A stretch of 64,000 nt of DNA from Tubulanus polymorphus (Eukaryota; Animalia; Nemertea), in the NCBI RefSeq assembly GCF_964204645.1, contig NC_134027.1, positions 11,130,485 through 11,194,484 of the forward strand, in the 5' to 3' direction. Below, in pieces: positions 1-11,502 of this stretch. Made by a program: the position numbers and the translations under genes. Position 1 is the first letter of the stretch. Each line of letters opens with the position of its first letter. The notes beneath the pieces are model-generated. The model did no database searches. It had not been told where the DNA came from and saw nothing but the letters and a program-made list of their open reading frames with translations.

Positions 1-2165
1 GCCGGCGAACTCAAAACCTTTTCGATCGCGCCAGACGTGAACGTCGTCGACGCGATATCGAGATCTCGCAACGACGAAATTTTGGCGATACTTTCGATTC
101 CGTGCGAAATATACTGACACTGTCGTATGTCAAGCGTGCGCAAGTCGCGCAGGTATCGGGCGATCGTTTGAATAACGGTATTACCGATACCCGTACACCT
201 GCTTATGTCGAGAGTCGTTAATTCGGTTTGATTTTTGCAAACGTCGAAAACGGAATTTTCGGATATTTCCCGACAACAATGCAGTTTCAGCGATTTCAGT
301 TTCAACCCGTCGCACTTGGCGATGCTCGAAAGAGCGTCGTCGTTGACGTTGGTTTTGCTTAAATCGAGCGACGTAAGGCGTTTACTTTGGCTTCGCACGA
401 ACTGTAAAATGTTCGCGAACGAGAACTGCGTATTGTCGGCGCAGACGCGCGAATCATTGTACGAATTAGTCGTACGGAACGTAACGTGACACGACGAAAG
501 ATTCAAACTTTCTAAATTCGGCACGACGGTCACCAAACGGTTGAACGTCGCGTCCGTGATATGTCGTAACGAACTTAGATTCAGCTCACGTAGCTTTTGT
601 AACGAAGATCTCAACGCTTGTAAGTCGGCGTTGCGCTCGAGAACGTTTCCGCTCATGAACAATGTGTTACAACCGTTGAGATCGAGGCTTTCTAAATTGT
701 AACAGCGCGATAGAAAAGACACGAAAGTTCGCTCGGTTATGTCCGTGCCTTCGAACGATAAATGCCGAAGAAACGGACTCAGTTCTCGACACGATTTTAG
801 TAGAATCGTCGTCGAATGCGAAGAATTGTCGATTTGATGAAAACTCAAGTTCGGGATTCGTCGTCTGCCGATCGATTCGATCAGTTCGAGATCGGTCGCT
901 GCGACATGGAACGTTACGTGGCGATTTTTCTGCAAGATCGGATCGAGGGAAGCTTCATACCAGCTTCGATTGACGAGAGAGGCTTCTAAACAATCATTGA
1001 CCGACAGATATCTCATTATGTGCGTCACAACCTGTAAAATAATTAATGACGCGATAAGATTACGGGGCTCCGCAATGTACTCGGTTTATAGATTTGTTTA
1101 GACATCTAATTTATGCGCACTGACAGGATAAATAATCTTCACACATGATATCAAGGTTCATAGTGTCTTATCTCATTTAATGACTTTCAAGGACTGATTT
1201 TTTACTCCGATTCTGTGACATAAATGTCATGCTTAAGCCAACGAGATGAGTTTGTAGGTTGTTGATTATAACATTTGATACACAAGCTTTCGCTACTTAT
1301 GTTTTATTGTAGCTTCATCAGGTGATTCACGCATTCATTCAACTGATGAAGCTACTACATAGGCCTAATACTACGAAATAATTAACCTATGTAATAAGTA
1401 CTACTTGTCTCATATTTATTCTACACCCGGTTACCACGGCCCCTCTACAAATGCTTAGGCGAAGCCAGGAATCCCAAAATCTACATTTTCCAGGCATTCT
1501 TATAATCAGTATATTATATAGGCTGTAACATAGTGAATTTGTATTTTTGACCTGCAGATGATAACTAATGAATGATACCATTCGTGGACCATGACAATGA
1601 TTTAAGGAATTTAGAGCCCATTCCCATTTCAAACTTTGAACCCTAATTTTGCTTCGGACCGTGCAGGTCACGCCATACTAGTCATGGCAATATCTACAAT
1701 GATTTAAGGAATTTAGAGCCCATTCCCATTTCAAACTTTGAACCCTAATTTTGCTTCGGACCGTGCAGGTCACGCCATACTAGTCATGGCAATATCTACT
1801 AACTGAACTGAAAAGGTGTTTTTAAGAAATTGAATGTGATTCTGTTTAGCTAAATTCGATTGTCAGTAACAGAAAATGATTATCAAATTGAAATGTTTTT
1901 CGTAAATGATTCAAATCAATTTAAGGTCACAAAAGCCTAAAGACCCGGCGTCATGGGACCCGGTACAAACTAGAACGGACTTTGCTGCCACCTATAGACA
2001 TTATTATGCAACACCGTGTATTCGTTTTGACAGCTTACTGTTCACAAACGTATTATTAAAGTTACAATGGGTTAATTCCTATTTGAAAGTTCGTAGATGA
2101 TTCCAGATGAACTAAAATATCATATGAAACTATTTCCATACCTCGATTGGCAGTGTCAAGCTCAT
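1..2165 (-). CDS. F-box/leucine-rich repeat (FBXL-type) protein, 3'-partial; exon 1 2165-2142, exon 2 1031-<1
   Basis: ATG at 2165 gives MSLTLPIE|gtatgg; acceptor ttttacag then VVTHIMRYLSVNDCLEASLVNRSWYEASLDP (F-box consensus LP.E....I..YL...D......V.R.W), followed by LRR units such as LRHLSFEGTDIT, LESLDLNGCN, LRELNLSSLRHITD, LESLNLSSCH. Confidence 0.85.
1281..1324 (-). ncRNA. Minimal type-I hammerhead ribozyme-like motif in a foldback element (about 1280-1380)
   Basis: Minus strand reads cac-CUGAUGA-a-GCUAC(aauaaaacauaa)GUAGC-GAAA-GC-UU-gug: intact core, 5-bp stem II, palindromic AAGCUU stem III and 3-bp stem I. Confidence 0.6.
1594..1799. repeat. Perfect 102-bp tandem duplication in F-box intron 1
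   Basis: Unit acaatgatttaaggaatttagagccc...gtcatggcaatatct starts at 1594 and again at 1696. Confidence 0.95.
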
Positions 2166-2249
2166 TACAGCGAATATTTCTAAGCTGTCATCTATCGATT
2201 GTGTTGATTATTGCGCAGCGACCTTGAGGGTTGAGCGCTTCCCAACAAG
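2166..2249. promoter_or_regulatory. Compact bidirectional promoter/5'UTR region between the F-box gene and LONP2
   Basis: Only 84 bp separate the divergent ATGs at 2165 (-) and 2250 (+); CAAGATGGCGGC (YY1-like/Kozak) overlaps the LONP2 start. Confidence 0.65.
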
Positions 2250-5200
2250 ATGGCGGCCAGTATTACGATTCCTCGTAAATTACCTCTTCTAATCGTGGCT
2301 GACAACGTCTTATTGCCGGGTTCTACCATTCGTTTACCGATTAAACGTTTAAGCAAGTACGTCTTCATATTTTCGATACATAACGTTCGACTGTCATCTT
2401 TCACAGTACGTGAAATCATGAGAAAATACCGTTGAATTTTTCCAAGAACAGTGCACTCCAAAAATAAATAACGTACTATTTTTGGTAGCACAGGCTATAT
2501 TTACGCCGCCGCTAGCTACACTGGCTAGATTTACGACATTTCATTCTGATTGGCTAATCACTTTGTGCATATGATGCATGACTTATAAAATTCGAAGAAA
2601 GTGAAGAAATAGGTTTTCAGCATACGGATCGTCGGTCTGAATACCCGTCAGTCGTTATTACCAGTTCCCTTAGTCTGAATACGAGTCGTTGTTACGGTTC
2701 CCTACAACAGAAACAACGGCTAGGTACTAGACTACGGTTCCCTATAACCAGTTGTTTGTGGAATGACGGCTAGGTACTAGTTAGTCTAGTACCTAGCCGT
2801 TGTTCCTGAAACAACGTCTAGGGCGAAAGTGCTCATATAAGGTTAATTTTCGTCCCTCATTTTGAATGACGAGGCTTTGAGCGTCTATTTCACCCCTTAA
2901 AACACCACCAACTTACCTCAAACTGACTGTTCTGTAATCAGATGGTAGTTAACTATTGTTTGTGCATAAATTTGTAACCCTAAGTAGCTTTTGACGATCG
3001 TAGTAGCTCAAAACTTTTGACTAGTCGCCTCAAAAAACAGTTGAAGTGAAGCAACATAACAAATATGGCGGCTTTTCGTGGTGCATGATGGGAGTGTAAA
3101 TTACGGATTCGAACTTAAACTTGGTGCCAATGCAGATATTATTCTTGTTTCAAATTATTAAGGTTAAAATTGACCAAAATTTATGCGTTTTATCAACAAA
3201 AAATAACATTTAGAGTAATTTTTGAGAGACATATTGAATTTTCACATTTTATTAATTTAGTATGTATTGGAAATCCCGATAGTGGCAATCAATTCAAATC
3301 AAATCAATAAATTCTCCGGTTCGCGATTTAAATCATCAAAAAACTTATTATAAAACACGTTTTCAAAGTCAACAGGGTAACTAATTTATTTATTTTAGTA
3401 CAAAGGTTTGATTTGACACTAAAATCAGTTGTTGCATTGCAATTAACAGGAGTTAACCTCTATATGATACTTTAGCGTCAGACGTTGTACGGAACCGTAA
3501 CAACAACTGGTATTCAGACTAGGTACTAGTCGACTAATATATCGCTTGTCTTCCCACTTGAACACTGTGAGGCTTGTTGCAATATCTTGTTTTGTCACTT
3601 GAATTAGTGTCTCTTTTGGATACACCAATGTAGTCAGTGTTGTACAGAAATGGGGATGGGGAAACGGGGAATCCAGAGAAGCATTGTATGTTTGCCAACT
3701 TTGGAATCTTGATTGATGAGACTAGTAAACGAACAACCAAATTAAGTAGGTTATCTTATTTCAGTTTAAACCTCGTAAAAAGTCGACTACTCGGGCGAAA
3801 TACATTGAGCAGTACAATTATAGGTGTCATTCCTAAAGAACCGAATAAACATGTAAGCTTAAAAGTTAGTTGTTCATCGATAAAATTACACTATAAGATA
3901 TCGGTTAGCCTGAGCGAATATGTAATGACCATTTCTCGATATGTTGCAGGAAAATGGTGATGGAAATATCTTTCATAAGATCGGCACCGCAGCTGTTGTT
4001 GTCCAGGTTACAGGCACTAACTGGCCGACGCCGAACTACACAGTACTCATTACGGGAATCTGTAGATTCAAGATTGAGGAAATACTTCAAGAAATGCCGT
4101 ATCCAATTGCTATGGTTACACAGTTAGAACAGCTTGCGGTGGCAGATGAAATAGGTGTGTGCCCATCTTATCCCAAAGTGTTTCTTAAGAAGCAGATCAC
4201 CCCCTAGTCATTTGAAGAAATGCCTATCAATCTTATATTTTTCACTTAAAGATGAACAAATAAAGTTGGACCCAGAATTAGGTGTCGTTGCTGAAAATTT
4301 TCGTGAACAAGCCTTGAAATTGGTTGACATGTTAGACGTATCTATTCCTGTTGTAGCCAAATTGAAGGTAAAAAAAGGAAAAATGGAAGATAATGTATAA
4401 CGTAGTTAAAAGATTTTTCATATTGGGCCTAATTGTTTATTTTTTTTTGTAATTAAGTAGATTTTACTTATTTACTTCTTACAATAAGTATGAATATTTA
4501 TGAAAATTCCACATAAGAAACTGTTAGAAATCCAAATGGATAATCTTACACTGGGTCACAGCAGGCTACAGTTACTGAGGAAATCAAGGATTCCCTTGTG
4601 GCAAGCAAGGACCTGTCTGGGTCACTACACATGTAGTTCCCAGTCTTCCATGCATCAATTTCTTTTACATTTCATTAGGAAAATCGATTAATTTTTTCTC
4701 CCAAAGAAACTCCTGATCAATGAAAACTTTATGCACTGAGAGTAAAGAATTTGCTAGAATCTAAAAATCTAGCGAGTTCAAAGTTGATTGATAGCGAACT
4801 AATTTTGACTACGGTACATAAAACTGATTTCTGGTGGTATTATTTTTCAGAAAATGCTGGATGATATTCCAAATCACCAGTTACCGGATGTCTGCGCATC
4901 GATTGTGAAAGCATCAGTGACTGAAAGAATACAGATTCTCGACGCAATTGACCTGCGAGAAAGATACACTAAAGCGCTTCCATTACTTATGAGGCAAATC
5001 GAGGTAGTTAACAATCTCGCATCATTGCCTAATTTGAGGGTGAAATTAAGAAATGCAGGTATCTATGGACCTTCCAATGTTCACCAAGAGTGGTGACAAA
5101 ATGTCTTGCGGTGGACCCAAGGAGTCTTCTGCGAGACCCTCAAACCTCGAGGGCCAATTTAAATGTAAAGGAAAAAATTATGTCTTGACATATTTTTTTT

Positions 5201-8200
5201 GGACAAAATTGTGCCCTTTTCAATCAGGATTTAAAGATCCTGTTTGGAAAGGGCACAAGTTAGTCAAAAAGTTCTGCAAAACAGGCACAATTTTATTGGA
5301 AATTCTGAAAAAGGGTCACAAGGCACCTGCCAGAATTCCCTTAAGTTTTTTTCCATAAAAGTATTTAGTTATACCATTTTTTTCACTATCCACTCTGGAT
5401 AACTGGTATTTTTAGTCTGTTTTTGATTAAAGATGTCCTGGGTTAAATCTTAAACCATCTGAACACCGTTATTAAAAAGACTGGGAGAACGGTGATGAAA
5501 GTGTTGTACCATTATTAAAAAGACTGGAAGAACGGTGATGAAAGTGTTGATCGTCTGACATGATGGGTCCAGGGCTGCAGAATTTGCAATATCGTGTTAT
5601 ATCTAAATTAGATGATACACCAGAAAAAATCTTGAATATCCGAATTGAAATTACTTTCATCATTATTTTATTTCAGGGGATGAAACTTTTGCGAAATGCG
5701 AAAAGAAGCAGTTTCGAAATCATACCACGGCGCAAGGAAAATAATATACGCCGATTTTTAAAACAACGACCGAAGATGCATGGATATGATGATGACGATG
5801 AAAATGATGATGAAATCGATGAAATTCAAGAAATTGAGCAAAAGATAAAGTAAAAACAAGATTGACACAAATAACACGGTTGAAATAATCGTTTTTAAGC
5901 AGCTATTGTCGTCACTTTTCATCTGTTCATCCTTCCGTACAGTCTTGTTATTTTGGTTTATATATGTATATACCCGCGATCAAAAATTCGTAAAGACTTG
6001 TCTTTATGATACATCTACGATACAAATCAAGATGGCTGACGTGTGGCCATTGTTTGGCAGAATCAGCACTTTTGCATACTATTATTAAAGTTTTCATGGA
6101 AAATTTTGAAGAGGCTTTGATCAGTCCAGGGGATGAAGAATATTGATATTGTCAGATAGTAGTGCATTCCCGACCACTTCTGCTGTGGGCATGGTGTCCC
6201 TCGACTTGCATCGTTGCGAGCAAGATCAGGCCAATCAGAATCAAGGTCTGGCAGCGTTATTGCTAAAATAGACCTCCGTTGTCAAGTATACCATCAGTTT
6301 TTTCAGTGAGCATTGTTTCCCCAATCCCTGATAACATGTTTTTCAATCTCTTATAAGGTCAGTTAAAATGCCTGATAACGCAATGAAGACTGCTATGAAA
6401 GAATTTAAAAGACTGAAGACGATGCCATCACAAATGCCTGAGCACGCGATGTTAAGGTAAGAAGTTTGAAGATGTTTTCTAGTTCAGGACTACAGGTATT
6501 CATGTATTGGATGTTATCTAACAATGTATTGTTGAAAATTGCAGAAATTATTTGGAATTGATGGTCGATCTTCCGTGGGGTAAAAGCACTGAAGACCATC
6601 TGGATATTGAACAAGCAAGGTAAATTTTCATCTTAACGATACTGTTAAATTTCCAATGTTTTGGGCAGTTATTATGTTAATAGATTTTTATTGATTATTA
6701 ATCAAATTTCAGGACTGATTTAGACGATGATCATTTCGGTTTGGAGAAGTTAAAACGTAGGGTGTTGGAATTTCTGGCAGTTAAACAACTGAAGAACAGT
6801 TTGAAAGGTCCGATTTTATGTTTCGTCGGTCCACCTGGTGTAGGCAAAACAAGCGTCGGCCGTTCAGTGGCTAGAACTCTTGGTCGGCAGTTCCATAGGT
6901 ACAATATGATCCATATAGGCTCGTGTGCTTGCTGAGAAAAGCAGTGATTGTTGACTTTGTTTGATTATAGGATTGCTTTAGGAGGTGTTTATGACCAGTC
7001 GGATATTCGCGGACATCGTAGAACGTATATAGGCTCGATGCCCGGTCGTGTTATACAAGGTTTAAGGACGGTCGGAGTTAATAATCCTGTCTTCCTGCTG
7101 GATGAAGTCGACAAATTGGTAAATTCCATTGTACTAAACTACATTATCTTATCAACTATTATTTTCTTTAATGTATATTTCCATATATCATAGAAATGTC
7201 ATTAAATTGTATCCAGTGTGCTTTAGGCTATTGGATTGACATTTTCATTATCTTAACTACAGGGGTAGTGATAAAATATATCCATAGGCCTATCCGGTAA
7301 TTAACTTTTTCCTCGCTTGAAAGTGAATGTTCACTTACCCAGTTTAGGAGGTATCTAGCTTGTTCTGCTCGTATGAATGCTATGTCACCATTCTTCCAAT
7401 TTTTGATCGTTCGAACGCATGTGTTCAGATGTTCACCTGACAATAGGGTCTTACTAAAACTATCCACTACTAAAACGAAGACCAAAGATCTATGCCCCCC
7501 TGAAAATGTAATGGGGGGGGGCATATCTACATTTAATCGATTCCGACAGTGAGCCCAGAATTTAATATGCACGATGCGTAAAGATGATCAGTTCTCGGTG
7601 GTGCACAGGTCTTTGTTTTGATACCGTAGTGCATAATTTTAGTGATGCCGGTGCAAGCGATGTTGTTAAATCTATGCACTACTTATCGTGTGAAATCTTC
7701 AGGGGGTGCAAAGGTCTTTGTTTTCGTATTGCAAGTATTGCGTAGTGTGTAGGTCATTGGTCTTCATTTTAGTGATGCGTAGTTTCAGTAATGCACCCTG
7801 AGAGTGAGACCTTTCTATTCAAAATTGCAATTACAAATCGTTGACAACACCAGACAATTGCCACATTTTAAAAAAGTGACAGTTGAGAATGTTGATCTGT
7901 GAGACATGGTTCTGAGCTGATATTGACGGATACTATAATATTTTTCTATTATCAAAAACAGAGTCGTGGGCTACACGGTGATCCAGCTGCAGCTCTACTG
8001 GAAGTATTAGACCCAGAACAGAACCACAGCTTCACTGACCAGTATCCTTTGTAGTAGTCTAGTATCTAGTTGTTGTTCCCCGAACAACATCGAAATTTTA
8101 AATGAACCATTGTTTAAGTTTAGGTTATTGAAAATAATCCTATTTAAGATTTGTCCTTTTGCAAAGGGAAGTGCCACTTTTCATGGTGTAAAAATGAAAT

Positions 8201-10529
8201 CGAAATGCCCCTCAAAAATGCTTGGCACAGGCCTGGACTCTGGCTGTAGTGCAAACAACAGGGGGACTCAATTATTCCAGAATGCATTCTGCTCAATCTC
8301 GGGGATTTTCCTTCACGAGTCGGTAGCTATTTGAATGTCCCGTTCGATTTATCGCAAGTGTTATTCATCGCTACGGCGAATACGACGTCGACGATACCGC
8401 CGGCGTTGTTAGATCGGATGGAGGTGATCGAAATAATGGGATACACGCAGGAAGAGAAAGTTCACATCGCTTCTCGTTATCTCGTGCCGAAACAACTCGA
8501 AAAACACGGCCTCACATCGGAACATCTGGAAATACCCAATGAGATGATATTACAAATAAGTATGTACAAAAATGAGCCATACCTCTGTTTCTAACTCTAG
8601 TTAACGCTTTACCCAGCAATTATGTGCCGGTACTCAGAAAATCTTAGATTTTTATGAGTTAAATCATTGGACATGGACTGATTTTAACTCGTTACAATCT
8701 ATTGAAATGTTATACAAATGTATTTACTCTTTGAGTTACAGGGTGGCCAATGACTGACCTGGAAAACTCAGGGAATCAGAAAAATCTAGAAAAAAATTGG
8801 GGAAAACTCCGGGAATTTGACAAATTTTGCACAAAAAAACCTGGAAAACCTGGGATTTCGATGTGATTGACTGCTCGTTTCATTATTAGTATGAGATTCA
8901 TAGAATATGAATGAATTGTAACAAGAAATTTGTCGGATTCACTCTCAGGGAATTTTCTGTTATAACTTGGAAAAATCAGGGAAAACTCGGGGAACTTAGA
9001 AATCGGCTGAAAGTGGCCACCCTGTGAGAGAAAAATTCCACGTGAATCAAACTGTGATACTGGATCAGGATGATTTGTATTGTTGTTTTTAGTTTCTAAG
9101 CATACCCGTGAGGCTGGCGTTAGAGATCTCGAACGTCAGTTAGCTGCTGTCTGTCGGGCCGTTGCTGTGCGAGTTGCCAAAACGTCCAGTAAAAACCCTA
9201 AGTTAAGTGACATTGATGACGATGCTTCTGGTGATGATGCTGCTGCAATAACATCTGATCACCATCACAGCTTGCCATTGATAATTGATGAACCGATGCT
9301 AGATGAATTTTTGGGGGTATGTTTATTTCCATTAATGCAGGTATCAATCAGCAGCCTGGACTCGGATATTCAACACTTAGGCCTAGTTACCATTCTTTTG
9401 ACCTTTATCATCCAAACTTAATATGTACTGTATTTAGGACCTCTAAAGTCATTTTTCATTGAAATTGAACTAACAGATGGAAAATGGTTTGTCTGGAACA
9501 TCTGAAGTCGTTCCAGGCTGCTTATTGATAAATGCAATCTAAGATTCAGAAATAGGAAAAGATTTTTCAATCAAAATATTTGCTTGATGAATATCTTTTC
9601 AGTGCAGGAAATATGAAATTGATACAGTGGGTAGACTGAATCAACCGGGTGTTTGTATTGGTCTTGCTTGGACATCATTCGGCGGTGAGATTATGTATAT
9701 CGAAGCTTCTCGAATGGATGGAGAAGGCAAAGTGAAATTCACCGGAAAGTTGGGTGACGTGATGAAAGAGTCGGCTTCGTTAGCGCTGAGTTGGGTGCGC
9801 AGTAACGCTAGACTGGTAAATTGATCGTCAAAGTTAGATGTTTTCCTTCATTATATTTTCGATGAATATTGTTTAGTATTCTTTGATATGTTCTACATTT
9901 CAGCTTTATATTCAAGATGCGTCGCAGCTGATGAAAACAGATCTCCACATTCACTTCCCAGCCGGAGCGGTCCCGAAAGATGGCCCGTCCGCCGGAGTTG
10001 CCATAGTTACTGTATTAGTGTCTTTGTTTACGGGACAATGCGTACGCTCCGATACGGCTATGACGGGTGAAATAACGTTACGCGGTTTAGTGTTACCCGT
10101 TGGTGGAATAAAGGAGAAGGTTTTAGCGGCTTACAGAACCGGAATTCACCGAGTTATTTTACCGAAGAAAAACAAAAAAGACCTCTGGGAAATCCCGCAA
10201 TATGTTCAGGTAAACTTGTCAGTATTCAGTGAAGTCCATTATAATGCCATCCTTTTTAATGCCATCGCTGACTTAACGCCAACATTTTTCTTGGTGTTTT
10301 CTTTTTGTTATTCTTGGTCCCAAAAGTGGCAATATAAAGGACGTTTCGTGTATTGCTTTCCAATTGTATGTATTGCTCTCTTCTGATGCTATCACATTTA
10401 TGATTTCAGGATAAAATGAAATTCGTATTCGCAAGTTGTTTGGAAGATGTGTTGGATGCAGCATTTGATGGAGGCTTTCCTCCAATGATGCCGGAAAAGT
10501 TAAATTCACTCGTAACCAGCAAATTGTGA
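2250..10529 (+). CDS. LONP2: Peroxisomal Lon protease homolog 2, about 16 coding exons (approx. 2250-2356, 3765-3852, 3950-4153, 4252-4367, 4851-5003, 5678-5849, 6358-6457, 6545-6619, 6713-6898, 6971-7118, 7963-8041, 8327-8558, 9093-9317, 9604-9815, 9904-10209, 10410-10529)
   Basis: N-terminus [14 protein letters not shown]; Walker [10 protein letters not shown]; [13 protein letters not shown]; Walker B FLLDEVDK; catalytic PKDGPSAG and GGIKEK; ends agc aaa ttg tga = SKL* (PTS1). Confidence 0.97.
2630..3540. mobile_element. Foldback/MITE-like composite in LONP2 intron 1
   Basis: tagtctgaatacgagtcgttgttacggttccctacaac (about 2672) is the near reverse complement of about 3484-3521; internal hairpin ggctaggtactag...ctagtacctagcc; related fragment near 8053. 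Confidence 0.6.
5465..5549. repeat. Two-copy tandem repeat of about 43 bp
   Basis: ttattaaaaagactggRagaacggtgatgaaagtgttg occurs twice. Confidence 0.9.
7443..7800. mobile_element. MITE with long imperfect terminal inverted repeats
   Basis: tagggtcttactaaaactatccactactaaaacgaagacc matches the reverse complement of ggtcttcattttagtgatgcgtagtttcagtaatgcaccctg. Confidence 0.6.
8042..8326 (+). other. U12-type (minor spliceosome) GT-AG intron in LONP2
   Basis: 5' splice site GTATCCTTT; branch site TTTTCCTTCAC at 8306-8316, 10 nt before the intron end; no polypyrimidine tract; splicing restores FTD-H|YLNVPFDLS. Confidence 0.9.
8739..9024. mobile_element. hAT-like MITE
   Basis: TIRs cagggtggcca...tggccaccctg with repeated internal ggaaaactcRggga motifs; no clear TSD; partial copy near 20230-20297. 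Confidence 0.7.
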
Positions 10530-11502
10530 AATGAATGTTCAGTTATAACTCTTTATAATACCAGCCATCAAATGTGACTCAACCGTCAATAGGCAAGTCT
10601 CCTCCAGGTGTAGGTGCGCGAAGCTGCTGCAAATGTATTCTGATCGTATCTGCTTATGTTGTATTTCTGAGCTCGTTACCCTAGAATTATAAATCGGTTA
10701 CCTGGCTAATTCAAAATCTAAGAAAATACCAATCGTCAACCTCTGAAATACCTTACCTTACTTCATCAAATGGGCCAAAACAATCCAGTTTATTGTAGAA
10801 TTGTTCTAATTTAATTTTGTTGTATCAAATATTTCCTATGATGTCTATATAGCAAGTGTGCAGCATTATAATGGGCTATAACAGTAGACTGCCAGACTTG
10901 CGTCTTGCAGGACGAATCAATTTTCTCATGTGGGAATGTGAATTGCAGTGGCAGTCCATTTAGAAACTTTATCCGGAGCTTGTGATATTCATAGGCTCAC
11001 CAATCGGAGTGTAGTGAACATGCATTCAGATGCAAGATGATCTCAGAACGTTAGTGCGACAAATGCAACTTAAAACTTTCTGTGAACAGCTTCTTCTTTC
11101 CCTGGATAGAAAGCAAGTGTAAGGCAATTTGGTGGTACTATAATGAGCTTGGACGTGAATACCCGTCAGTTTGTTGATTTAGTTTATCATTATGGTGCTT
11201 TATCTAATTTTACCATTGCATTAATAAGCTATGGCAGTATGTGATCTCCTTAAGTAGCCATCATACTGTGAGATCTAAAGCTTACCTTCAAATGATGGGG
11301 AAGGATAAAAGAAAATATACATTTTACTTTGAATGCGATTACGGAAGATTTATTTACAATTTTACAAAAAAAAAAATTATCACAGAACAGAAATTGTATA
11401 CATAATTTATTCGATCATCAAAAACAATGTAAATAAGACAAATAAACGTTGATTAATTCACGCGCTATGTAACTGTTGGTTTGTATTGGACGGACGACGT
11501 TG

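Noticed and set aside
235-489. 84-aa + strand ORF
   Set aside because: Antisense shadow of the F-box/LRR exon.
5465-5549. CRISPR-like repeat
   Set aside because: Only two adjacent copies, no spacers, eukaryotic intron.
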